Virus record (IMG/VR): IMGVR_UViG_3300035670_000008
Coordinates: 62,001-126,000 of that record
DNA length: 64,000 bases
Direction: 5' to 3' (one strand)
Under the pieces are notes generated by a model, which was not told the origin of the DNA, made no database searches, and saw only the letters and a program-made list of their open reading frames with translations. Each line of letters opens with the position of its first letter. Positions within the stretch are counted from its first letter, which is position 1. Positions 50,001 to 57,188 of the stretch are shown here, in pieces. Made by a program: the position numbers and the translations under genes.

Positions 50001-53000
50001 GCTACAGTCATGCGGCGGAGTTTGCCGCCGAAGACATAGCCAGAGTCCCCTTTGTCCCGGTATTCCCCAAAGCCATGAATAGCGTGAACCTCAGCGATAG
50101 CCACGAACCAGTAGCGTTTGCCTGCCTCTGGCATAGAGGCGATAATACCTTTGGAGTTGATGGTGTTGTAGTCACCAACTGCTTTGGCTCCATTGGTACC
50201 ATTTAGCAACAACTCCTTGAGCGTGCCACGTTGCAAAGTCGCTTCGGTGGAGGCAGCACTATCCACAAAGGAGGTACAACGTACCTTACCTTCCTCTTTG
50301 TTCAGCTGGGCATACACCAACTGAACTTGAACGTTGCGGATGTGCTGGTTACGATACCAGCCGCTGGTACCATAGAAGCCGCCAGCGCAGGTGGGAGCAC
50401 CTTTCTGGTAGCTACGAGCCGCAAAGAACAAGACGGGCTCGACCTCACCCATCATATTACCGAGGGAGCCGAAGTTCAGCTTAGCTTCTTCAGGTGCTAA
50501 GTCTGGGGCTCCCAATTTCAAGAAGGAGTTCTCGTTAGTAAACTGTTCCCGCACAGGCAGGTTCAGATTACTTTCTATTATTTCCCCGTCTGCGTTACGT
50601 CGCATACCAACGAGGTAGACAGCGTAACCCAGGGTGTACTCGTTCATACCGGCGGCAGCATTAGCCAGCTCGGCCACAAACTCGCAACCGGGGAAGCATT
50701 CGATTAAAGAGTTGAGCATATTCCCTCCTTTACTATGCTCTCCGTTTGCTTTTTTCCCCGTATTCGTGGAACACGGTGGGGAAGCAGGTGTGGTACCTGC
50801 CGCAACACCCGATTGTTCGGGAACCCCATGGCTGAAGGCCACGTAGTCGGCCACTATACCAGATTTGGTCTTGCCGAGCGTAGCTTTAGCTTCAAGCAGA
50901 TACTGCTTAAAGCCGGCGTTGATAGCCCGGTCAGCCTCCAAATCCATGGCCCAACGAGCGAAGGACTCAACTACTACCTCTTCTTCTCGTTTTTCCTGTT
51001 TGTAGCTTGCAATCCAAGCTTTAGGAATATTACGGAAGTACTTGCGGGCGAAGCCATTCCCTTTAAGGCTGAGGTAGCCATGGAAGTGGAGGTAGTGACC
51101 AAACTCATGAAAGAGAGTCTTGGTCATCTCACGGGCGTTTCCTTCACCCCGCTTCACGATATAAATCGTGTTGGGCGCGGCAAACGAACCGTTGACCTCT
51201 TCGTGGCCGGTGTAGCGGCGGGCCATGGCGTAATCCATTTCATCGTCACGGTCAGCGACGATGATATTAACGCTAAAGCTGTCTTCTAACCAGTTACGCC
51301 ACTGGTAGAAGCGTTCCATACCAGCGGGGTTGTTATCAATCTTAGCTACGTCAATCTTATGGACAGCACAAATGCCAGGCTCTTTAGTTGTGGGGGCCTC
51401 GAACTCTTTAGCCATCTTGTAGATAACAGCTTCATCTACTTGACGAATCCGTTGCTTTTGACGTGCGCAGGCGAGTTCTGGTGTTCCTTGCAGCCAATGA
51501 ACCTCCCAATGACCTTTGCCTGCTTCGGTAATACGTCGGCGCCATTTAGAGTTAGAGTTACAGCCGTCGTAAACGATTTGCATTCCTAGCTTATTAGCGG
51601 CGGCAAACTGCTCTTGGATGTAAGTCCAAACTACTTCGATATCACCCTCTACTAAATCGGTGCCATAGATTTCTTTCTTGGCTGTGTCCCAATCGATGTA
51701 GTAGTAATCTTTGAAGTTTTCTTTAGCGTAGGTAGACTTACCTAACCCAGGCAACCCAACTAACATTATGTGGGTCTTAGGTTTAATACCTTGGCATAAA
51801 ACAATAGCTTCATCATGTGCAGCTACGTTAGCTAAATGCTCAGGCAGCGCCTTGCCTTTACCAATAGTACGCACATGCCGTGCCACATAATCATTAACCC
51901 GGCCAGCCTTAGGAGACACACGCACCGGAAAAGCTTTCATTTTGAAAGCCAACCCAGCATACATCTTGTCGCACTGCATCGTGTAGCGCATCCAATTGTA
52001 TGTTGTAAACTTATCCCGGTCGGTTTCATACTTGAAGGTATGGCTTAAGCAGAATGCCCGCACACCACCAGGGGTTTCATACACCTTAAACAAGTAGTCT
52101 GGGTTGTTCTTACACCAGTCGTGTAGTAAAGCATAGGCCTGACAGCGGTGGTTAATGGTAATACACTCCTCGGTATAGTGCCCATCGTCAGGGATATCCC
52201 AATCAAGCATCATTGTGTTTGATTCCCAGAAATAAATCTGCTTCTCTAGAGACAAGTCTTCAAGACGAAGAGCCATCTCTAGTTCACCAGCAGCACCGTA
52301 CTCGCTACGGGCGGCGGTGAGTACTTCTTGGGTAGAGCTGGCGATGTATGGGAGCTCGAATCCCGTGGCGCCCAACTGCCACGCAAACAGCTCGTCCATA
52401 ACCTCAGCCGCCTGTTCGTAGGCAGCCTGGGCCAGCATCAGCTGGTGATAATCCTCCTTCCACTCTTCGAGTGGGTCATACTTGGACTCATCAAAGTCCT
52501 CCTCGTATTCGTCGTCATACTCTTTTTCTTCCTCGTCGTCATACCCGTACAGGGTATCGTCGTAGAAGGCCAGCTTGGGCTCCTGGCGTTTGATGCCACC
52601 ATAGAGGTGGTTGAGGGCGCTGTGGCCATCAGCGCGCCGGTTGTATTTACCCTCCGCGATTAAGCGGCGGTAGTGAATAGACAAAGGCAGCTCTTCCTCA
52701 GTCCGCTGGGTGCGGAACTTGCCAGCTTTGGCTACGGGTGCCTCTGCCCCGGTAGCTAACTGGAACCGGGAGTTTCCTCGCCGGGTAGCGATTGACTTCA
52801 TCGCCCGCGTAACAGGCATAACGGGCAGCTGCCGGGATTTGGGTGGGGTCACCACTTTATAAGTGGTAATTTTGACTACCTGACCACCGCGATGCGCGTA
52901 GATGCGCAACCACTCGGAGTAGCCAAGCCGGTCGGCTTTCCAGACCGATTTAATTTTGCGCTGCTTACGTGCAGCAGCGCGTTGTTGGGTTGTCAGAGGA

Positions 53001-53785
53001 CAACGAAGTTTCCGAGAAGAATGTTTCTGCCGGCGCTTACGGGCAGCGCGGGCTAATTGTTGATTGATTTTGCGGGAATTTTGCATGACAATAGCACGAA
53101 CGGTTCGTGCGATAGGTGTAACGCTTGAGCCTTGGCGGAAGCGTTTTTGATAACCATTACGACGGGCACGCCGTAGCGCTGTGGTGTTTAACCCACGCCC
53201 GCCTGTGGAGGCGTTAAACGCCGCGCGGTTCATGATTTGACGAACCCGCTTGTGAGCGGCGCGGGCGGTGGCGACGTCACCAGTGCAATCGTCGGGAGTG
53301 AAGGCAGCAACAGTCAGGGTTGGGGCAGAGGCACGGACTTGCTTAGCAAGTTGTTCCGCCCATTCCCGACGGAGCTTAATATTGGCAACCGGTTGGATAC
53401 CAGCACCGGCAGGCAAAGTATTAAACTCTACCGGCAAGGCCAGTAGAAGTTGCATTACCAACAACCCATTCCAGCGGGTAATCCGAGCTGGTGGTAGGGC
53501 CAGCTGAGGGCGAACAGCTGCGTCAATAGCAGCATTGAAGTCAGTCAGGGCCTGCTGACGACGGGCTTCAGCATCAGCTGCCACCGGAGGTAGCAGCAGT
53601 TGAGCGGTAGCGGTGGTGGTGATAACAGCGGTTGGCTCATCCCATGGTCCGAAATCACACAACGGTATATCCCATGGGTCGGCGATATGAGTTTGCAATA
53701 CACCACCCATCAGAAAGGCAACATGGGCGGGGCTGACTGCAGCGGAAATAACATTAGCAGCAACGGAAAATTGTTTGAAAGACAT
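41066..53785 (-). CDS. 4239-aa multidomain protein: P-loop kinase, zincin, putative single-chain two-barrel RNA polymerase, SLOG domain, Pif1/RecD-like helicase
   Basis: GLPGLGKS; HEFGH; GKLRSSVVKG, RSP, AGDNDGD; SGSR..GDATGID..RD..WDG.SKG; GKAGTGKT, DEVSM, GDGGQLP, RQ, SCQGLT, YVMLSR. Confidence 0.8.
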   Translation of the reverse strand: MSFKQFSVAANVISAAVSPAHVAFLMGGVLQTHIADPWDIPLCDFGPWDEPTAVITTTATAQLLLPPVAADAEARRQQALTDFNAAIDAAVRPQLALPPARITRWNGLLVMQLLLALPVEFNTLPAGAGIQPVANIKLRREWAEQLAKQVRASAPTLTVAAFTPDDCTGDVATARAAHKRVRQIMNRAAFNASTGGRGLNTTALRRARRNGYQKRFRQGSSVTPIARTVRAIVMQNSRKINQQLARAARKRRQKHSSRKLRCPLTTQQRAAARKQRKIKSVWKADRLGYSEWLRIYAHRGGQVVKITTYKVVTPPKSRQLPVMPVTRAMKSIATRRGNSRFQLATGAEAPVAKAGKFRTQRTEEELPLSIHYRRLIAEGKYNRRADGHSALNHLYGGIKRQEPKLAFYDDTLYGYDDEEEKEYDDEYEEDFDESKYDPLEEWKEDYHQLMLAQAAYEQAAEVMDELFAWQLGATGFELPYIASSTQEVLTAARSEYGAAGELEMALRLEDLSLEKQIYFWESNTMMLDWDIPDDGHYTEECITINHRCQAYALLHDWCKNNPDYLFKVYETPGGVRAFCLSHTFKYETDRDKFTTYNWMRYTMQCDKMYAGLAFKMKAFPVRVSPKAGRVNDYVARHVRTIGKGKALPEHLANVAAHDEAIVLCQGIKPKTHIMLVGLPGLGKSTYAKENFKDYYYIDWDTAKKEIYGTDLVEGDIEVVWTYIQEQFAAANKLGMQIVYDGCNSNSKWRRRITEAGKGHWEVHWLQGTPELACARQKQRIRQVDEAVIYKMAKEFEAPTTKEPGICAVHKIDVAKIDNNPAGMERFYQWRNWLEDSFSVNIIVADRDDEMDYAMARRYTGHEEVNGSFAAPNTIYIVKRGEGNAREMTKTLFHEFGHYLHFHGYLSLKGNGFARKYFRNIPKAWIASYKQEKREEEVVVESFARWAMDLEADRAINAGFKQYLLEAKATLGKTKSGIVADYVAFSHGVPEQSGVAAGTTPASPPCSTNTGKKANGEHSKGGNMLNSLIECFPGCEFVAELANAAAGMNEYTLGYAVYLVGMRRNADGEIIESNLNLPVREQFTNENSFLKLGAPDLAPEEAKLNFGSLGNMMGEVEPVLFFAARSYQKGAPTCAGGFYGTSGWYRNQHIRNVQVQLVYAQLNKEEGKVRCTSFVDSAASTEATLQRGTLKELLLNGTNGAKAVGDYNTINSKGIIASMPEAGKRYWFVAIAEVHAIHGFGEYRDKGDSGYVFGGKLRRMTVAKDNTVVGDLTPGVDQQHTSQRMYCNNITLLQAADWVFDQKGINHFDTTALEAVVETVYGERILRYKKPYTGMYPVNAFSPRMDHGDPRLDMSDLERTRTCKYFEEHGGLLPGKPVPMEQETTPPPAAPAPAPIEVIPPVATEPEVTIDARTPKEAILDRVAELRAYYNSIQKITTDELVAVDWKAYTKDNFHTWINNNTVLQDGTTLLNHGLRPAAYACHAYLAACMGKDPAGNLGSLSGYEWKPVHFEALVRIIRSYIGEDYADQFIKWENNAIVLEESLDFRMTELGVVDGRRDRMFKGVIEVVWENYRDPETKKSQKLIHSIRGCDSFGGFMRLFYYGYVALLSGQLVASATTRNVSANLAAFHTKTDKFFPVTSDGTMNMSGPTLHAEANSYSIVGVMVNRDKDNNMVVYYPEPLVVENGKVKFKDFAGAGAGRLTKEYHSFRLRGQVKDSEIMQMLITRITGELSMGFSFNKGTARSGNICHVDLGRLKNLAPTWYEELRAVAEANGFGGDLAWMFANLNTKTAKGSKRLDLRAPTSVPSGCVIDFEGRPELERLIKEGGYGNEPNTIAMSTMPPDFYQVKGGSMAVGQVLPLEGTLQKVILGMTMTGIAGQAWHLGSKYSRPRGFVTKKMSYRSSKFDRANPLVIDMGTVLMGCEHTKTTEVEYGITYTYYRPTELQLVRKGDVLAQINTGAKLKDNQPYLRAAKQTRDFTGYLEWVRTYTTRTLETGTKAVEFVVEWAVTKAEDWGKLRSSVVKGMVASMHAESIFNNDNPNISPRVAELLLPQDVLKMDTTHCNIPYISHTLVFNKDCQDPRFLALREMGMDLNEKYDGRRHLDYLIEDPVGINSGAYDALQKAFAEFFGQQLTVTWADLEYGEYGNKLLELYLAAVDAKDDNGKPKGLMYDVTSANIGPVVDRKVIVGDKVFTRTVVLSDVDLLDPANHKGSRAEERANIFWFHLNGDGNVSVMQQRGWVLAGRADCDCPIYDVVLFESSTVEEAAGDSHQLGAALRSNYRLMPNKAIREVMEGQAVRALESPYRAKLLCAMYDGSMDYDSTLLETITLANWQEVTSRGVKSWEAVPNEEGMARVRELLVDVDLSNPDDDALFGKVCHALRNVVIRVVTSTPRKLTFDHIKTKAPDYEDYEWDYDSYDCDYDEWEDEYDDSNIVRHIDIYTPMLFNLNSLKSGEECLETASGIFFYQYLITLLAGQLPSAIDVNRLRGKLRALTESSSNAKNIGGDRMIGGKALSLPNIPTWMFLVVEGGMQYDLMKQYVRGYERPVFDATTGQFTSEMTKYSLDRDCPTFETALRLGLAAYPTPIINHETRSPMPDGSIGLVTILPYTRKAIESFYYAPSDPTYIVYKDRKPLLDENNQPVVQLDVIYGATRLMSPLAHNLMTAGDNDGDGTYGVILPWTCGHTLQMLLSLVTTAESAVAFRAGAVGQRPGESPWATLIRKECYWGDYMMPKNGWSRLRIVENLSSFVKVDPKDGALQGAINPIKVTIKGKEVEVDSYADTNIRAREVFTTMVGVSYGIYQLGEGVINIVTALKKCGVEIPDSLKWAASDNAFQIVAIVAEIYETILGAYTKPTWRMWVDYVQAVSRPEFVDTGLGVKVPRPNYVTMFRYNDVKSIEEFIAAVEAMGCNGTAGMEIAECFNLLAEVKAWEKGMLYGTEADASVGLEGFIKYNSFAQFEMTRGKWVGYFKGYLNGENDWDENKVICHLQVTRQLFHWYALGNPVAGVTIPEEVYTESHVLWVLRRMFQKSVLGDVCKYLPGTGYEFMDDTGARPAMDYFRYKLELRHSTPEVEGEMEIKPIMEVGPTTQTAQEIANALSWNTAEASAPTANDEPAAELVIDNGLTHEDPFEGMDDGRWDEEELDLAGSAAFDDYEDPDIVLSSDKFEPSSAPVPTQVIDPAPTAPAPVAPAPAPAPAPAPIVAPTPVVTQVAEEAEVTAVPIVDVLEAAAESDATVAMLVAIAEQVKAEERAKAERTARQQKVRSIVDEVRAEFGDAAAERVLAALAVQLGVEPTNGSASNDEKPEDEGSDDSGSGSVPATPKEPTPPSDGGFAAVVDAEPTAESTEAPASVEPSGATIDVVATEVKPTANRIKVADAFVESIKPYIDELYINSFVEGKRTMGDLLHNGIISMDELDNIFANTLVFSYGNSSRECSLTKEDYLVYLWETGLVDYFYGYPDISNTGAVDSFNEALQEAKDWYDGKQSQPWSGDFDLFPDTYCFVIEHGAKGAFIEHPWLYNVQACDFLNAIRDVVYAVNYSLPSYRPSQHIVNLFEASWLYLASTGEVTKLFYDWSEEKDCWIFGELMEIDGAVEPKRAVVVVSGSRSIKELPDKAKVEIDAYIQAGATFRVGDATGIDLAVQQYLLGRGCEVTVYYANRCRNNVGYPTICVNGSYTQRDAVMHDGCHKSIVIWDGHSKGSKANIARVADTTVITDLQESKEKAGKKADSIETPNPEATMQTLPSIPTISEAPAAEPTCGLPIELAEIDNLTSCQKKFLALVEQGDNIFLTGKAGTGKTFITAETIHRWAAAGDKVVVFGSTGISVMNLGGSLQEGAYGALGTLNSGFGLGIDFSEKRTPGTTDWQWAQSMVMKSLTNNYVKQSLTCKTGQRLRVVIDEVSMVDGRVLFVVFNIIKRLNPLAQILLVGDGGQLPVSDNKAVKFYQDVFINGCKANQGSLINGFNGTTRPFSIVELNTGVRQKGDPAYQEALDILRETGMITGVIAQRFADCINGVVTPPENAVHIFYNNRRVIEVNERYTQAMVTTKKTYNGLVIRKGATNDNWLRDFRPIPANLTLAIDMPVKLRNNKYELVSGNKTLLAANGSRGKIKSLGNDHVIVDFGHRLVRIESHEFEGKHFSDGTLSGKFIQLPLHADFATTINSCQGLTIKGPGIISISEDRLGEEQALQRVAALYVMLSRFERIEDVFLDCSDPRVINWLTGCQGFVDHDYFAWLKANRK
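50717..50764 (-). promoter_or_regulatory. Putative internal promoter motif + RBS + in-frame ATG inside giant ORF
   Basis: AATACGGGGAAAAAAGCA identical to motifs at 14360 and 32760; AAAGGAGGGAAT-ATG (Met1023). Confidence 0.7.
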
Positions 53786-54085
53786 AGGTTTAATCTCCTA
53801 CTTGACTGAGTTTGGTTTGGATTGAAACAACGTCCATGCTTTTAAGCGGAGCTAAGGACTGAACCGATTGGATTTATTTAATGTCTTGTCCAACTCAGAC
53901 CTGCCCAAGCAAAAACCAACGCGGCTGTGCGCCTTAGCAGACATCAGGTCGGCTTGCGCCGCGCCATTGGTATCTACGTATCGGTTGTCTTGGGTAATAA
54001 AAAAACCCCAGGTATAAAACCTGGGGCGGAGCTAACAGAACCAACTCTTGTTAGGAGTGGGTCTGCTAGCTCCAAAGAAGTGAAA

Positions 54086-55036
54086 TTAGACTTGGGTTAG
54101 GTCGTAACCCGGGTCGTTGTCCACCGGGCGGTCCGGGATGTTGAATACCGTATCCCCCGAAGGGGCGGCATCCACAACACCGCCGACACCAGAAGTGGTG
54201 GTAGTAACCGTAGTGACCGGAGGAGCGGTGGGCGCCACAGGTTTAATATTCCATACCTCCGGGCGGTACCCGATTTCGACCAACACTTCCCGTATCCGCG
54301 TGAAGTCCTCGGGCTTGACATCCGTTGGAAGGTTGCAAGCCTTCTTGATAATCACCAACTTATCCACGACAGATGCGTTGATGTCCGGGTAGCGCTCCAA
54401 CACTTTCGTGCGGGCGTTCCATTCCGGGGTAGCTTGCATACCTTTGTCCTTGGTAGACTTCGTCGACTTCGTCGACTTCGTCGACTGGGTATTGGAGGAG
54501 GTATTGGAGGAGGTATTGGAGGAGGTATTGGAGGAGGTATTGGAGGAGGTGGTCTTCTTAGGTGGGGCTTGACTTGGTTCTAACACCAAGTTGAACTTAC
54601 CTTGTTGGTAAGCCTCCATAATTTCCTTAGTGGATTTACCATCCAGGAAGGTTTCCCATACTACGTCCATCTGCTCCCGCAATGCTTTGGCCTCTTTGGC
54701 CTCAGCTTCCAGCTTTTCACACTGGATGGCGAAACCCGCCGACCGCTCGATCGCGGTCTTGGTCCGCTGCTTCCACGCAACTTCATTGTCGCGTTCCTCC
54801 TTATTTACCTCTGTCAAGGTTTCCAAGTTTTTCGCTATTGCCTCCGCTGTCACTACCTTTTCAGGTGTGTTATCTGTGGCTACGGTTGGGGCCACCTTAC
54901 AATACTGCGAAGGCAAGCCCCGCTTGCAAGAAGGACAACCGCAGCCACCCACCGGAGCCGCCTTGGGAGCAGCAGGGGCAGCGGGGGCAGCTTTAGGGGC
55001 GCGAGAGATTTGAAGACCTAAGAAATTGAAAGGCAT
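54086..55036 (-). CDS. Hypothetical protein with SSNT and STK tandem repeats
   Basis: ATG at 55036 follows a leader motif shared with the 59973 gene; CGCPSC; 12-bp and 9-bp repeats at ~54455-54550. Confidence 0.75.
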   Translation of the reverse strand: MPFNFLGLQISRAPKAAPAAPAAPKAAPVGGCGCPSCKRGLPSQYCKVAPTVATDNTPEKVVTAEAIAKNLETLTEVNKEERDNEVAWKQRTKTAIERSAGFAIQCEKLEAEAKEAKALREQMDVVWETFLDGKSTKEIMEAYQQGKFNLVLEPSQAPPKKTTSSNTSSNTSSNTSSNTSSNTQSTKSTKSTKSTKDKGMQATPEWNARTKVLERYPDINASVVDKLVIIKKACNLPTDVKPEDFTRIREVLVEIGYRPEVWNIKPVAPTAPPVTTVTTTTSGVGGVVDAAPSGDTVFNIPDRPVDNDPGYDLTQV

Positions 55037-55655
55037 AGTGTATCCTGGCACTTAATGGCAGTTCCCGCCTAGTGTTAATAAACCACCTTCTTTAAACGTC
55101 TTACAGGTGGCAAAAGACGAGCATGACCTGTTATTTTGAGTCGTTGTGCTTCCCGACTACTTACGCCAGTTCAGATACAGTACTGGGAACTCTCCACAAA
55201 TGTTCTACGTGTTGTGTCTACACGTTCCTATTCATTCGATGAGCTAGGTCGACTCATCCCCTTTCATACAGCCGGGTCTGGCTTACGTTTCATCCCACAC
55301 ATGCCCGCAGCAAAGCGGTTGTCTAGGGCAATAAAAAACCCACAGAACAACTTAAAAGTATTAATATAAGCAAACCTAAGTGCGGCTGTTCGCGGCTGTT
55401 GATTCGTGTCTTATCAATCCCCACCGCGGCTGTTAGACTCTGCCTAAGCAAAATCCAACGCGGCTGTTAGCTAGGGATGACCGTAGCTCAGCCGAAGACA
55501 CAGCCACGCTGCGCTACGTCCTTTACTCTCTATCCATGGTCCTGTGGACCCCGATCTTGCGAACGGTTTTATAGATGGAGGTTAAAGAAGCGCAGCGTAA
55601 CGCGGCTATCCCTATTAAATAAAAAACCCCTCCGAAGAGGGGAAGTTTATTTATA

Positions 55656-56099
55656 TTAGAAGCCGAATTCAGCCTCAATATCGAACATAAAATCCTCTAC
55701 ATTGGATTCGATGACAGCTCCGAATTGGAGCGTGGCTGCTAGCTGGTTTAGTTTGTCTTCAGACCGAGCTTTGGCAACTCGTAATGCCTCAGCGGCAGCT
55801 TGAACAGCTGCTTTCTTTTCGATTAAAGACTCAGCTCGTAATACTTCTGCTTTTTGTAAAGCAGAGTATTCACGCGCTTGCTCATTAGTATTTGCGGTTT
55901 CTTTGGTTAGACGACCATGCAGGGCATCCAACTTTTCCTCCACTGTTAGGGTAGGAGCCGCCGCGGGAGCGGTGACTTCCTCTACCGGGGCTACCGGTAG
56001 ATTAGCAGAAGAAGAAGAAGAAGAAGAAGAAGAAGAAGAAGAAGAAGAAGAAGAAGAAGAAGAAGAAGAAACAACGTAGCCAAAGTTGAAAACTGTCAT
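55656..56099 (-). CDS. Coiled-coil protein, paralog B, with Ser21 tract
   Basis: Highly similar to 56560-56970. Confidence 0.85.
   Translation of the reverse strand: MTVFNFGYVVSSSSSSSSSSSSSSSSSSSSSANLPVAPVEEVTAPAAAPTLTVEEKLDALHGRLTKETANTNEQAREYSALQKAEVLRAESLIEKKAAVQAAAEALRVAKARSEDKLNQLAATLQFGAVIESNVEDFMFDIEAEFGF
56007..56069. repeat. (AGA)21 in-frame trinucleotide tract
   Basis: Encodes 21 Ser (TCT). Confidence 0.95.
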
Positions 56100-56174
56100 A
56101 GTAAACCCTAGTCCGGGGAAAAGAAGAACCGGCTGTCTAGGGTATAAAAATACCCTCCGAAGAGGGTATTATAG

Positions 56175-56447
56175 TTATGTTTTAGCCACTCCGCCTTTAT
56201 TGGCTTGGTGGCACAGGGTTCGTACCCTGTTAACTAGCTCAAGATTGTCGTCTTGAGCGGCGGCTACCATTACATAGCCGAGTAGACCGATATACATCAG
56301 CTTCCTCTTCTCGAGGAGATCAGGGGACACCTGCTCCTCGGGTCTGAAGTTGATGGTATACCGGTAGTCGGTATACCCTGCGTCGGCGGCGGCGCCTAAC
56401 AGGGAATAAGCAAGTTTGAAGAACCGACGATAGTCTTTTGCGCGCAT
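56175..56447 (-). CDS. Hypothetical protein
   Basis: GGAGGT RBS before ATG 56447. Confidence 0.65.
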   Translation of the reverse strand: MRAKDYRRFFKLAYSLLGAAADAGYTDYRYTINFRPEEQVSPDLLEKRKLMYIGLLGYVMVAAAQDDNLELVNRVRTLCHQANKGGVAKT

Positions 56448-56559
56448 AGGTACCTCCGTAGCGGTTGTTAAAGACATTAAAATACCCCCTTGCGGGGAGT
56501 ACTTTAATACCTTGGTTAGACGACCATGTGGGCGCTAACCAAGGTAGAAAGTGGGTGAC

Positions 56560-56970
56560 CTAGAAACCAAACTCTTCCTCGATGGAGGACATAAAGTCCT
56601 CCACGTTGGATTCGATGACAGCTCCATATTGGAGCGTTTGGGACAATTGGGTCAGTTTAGCTTCAGACCGGGCTTTGGCAACCCGTAGTGCCTCGGCGGC
56701 GAGCTGAATTTGGGCTTTCTTCTCAATCAACGCTTCAGCACGAAGCAGCTCTGCTTTTTGTAAGGCAGAGTATTCACGGGCTACTTCATTCGCGTCTGAA
56801 GTTTCTTTAACAAGCCGCTGGTGCAGCCCGTCTAGTTTTTCCTCCACTGTTTGGGTCACCACCGGGGCGGTGACTTCCTCTACCGTTTCCACCTCCATAG
56901 GGGTAGGTACCTCTTTGTAGGTAAATAAGTTAGAAAAGTAGCCGACGGAAGTAGATTGTTGAATTGTCAT
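56560..56970 (-). CDS. Coiled-coil protein, paralog A
   Basis: TVEEKLD...AREYSALQKAE...IESNVEDFM...EFGF shared with paralog B. Confidence 0.85.
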   Translation of the reverse strand: MTIQQSTSVGYFSNLFTYKEVPTPMEVETVEEVTAPVVTQTVEEKLDGLHQRLVKETSDANEVAREYSALQKAELLRAEALIEKKAQIQLAAEALRVAKARSEAKLTQLSQTLQYGAVIESNVEDFMSSIEEEFGF

Positions 56971-57188
56971 GATAAATCCCTAGGCCGGGGAAAAAGTGAA
57001 CCGGCTGTCTAGGGTATAAAAAACCCCTTTTTATAGGAAGTTCCCTAGTCCTAACTGGCGCCCTCGCGGGCTATCCAGGTTTGATAAGGTACTTTTCCTA
57101 TAAAAGAAGGCAACCCTCTTCTGCTACTACTTCGGTCGCACCCCAAGCGTAGCTAGCTTCCACTGTCACTGGAAGCGAAGAGAGTTAT

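Noticed and set aside
41066-53785. N4-type (T7-like) virion RNA polymerase
   Set aside because: The size is similar, but the motifs found are two-barrel type and no T7-type motif A/B/C set was recognised.
41265-55021. Numerous + strand ORFs
   Set aside because: They are antisense shadows of long minus-strand genes with no recognisable motifs.
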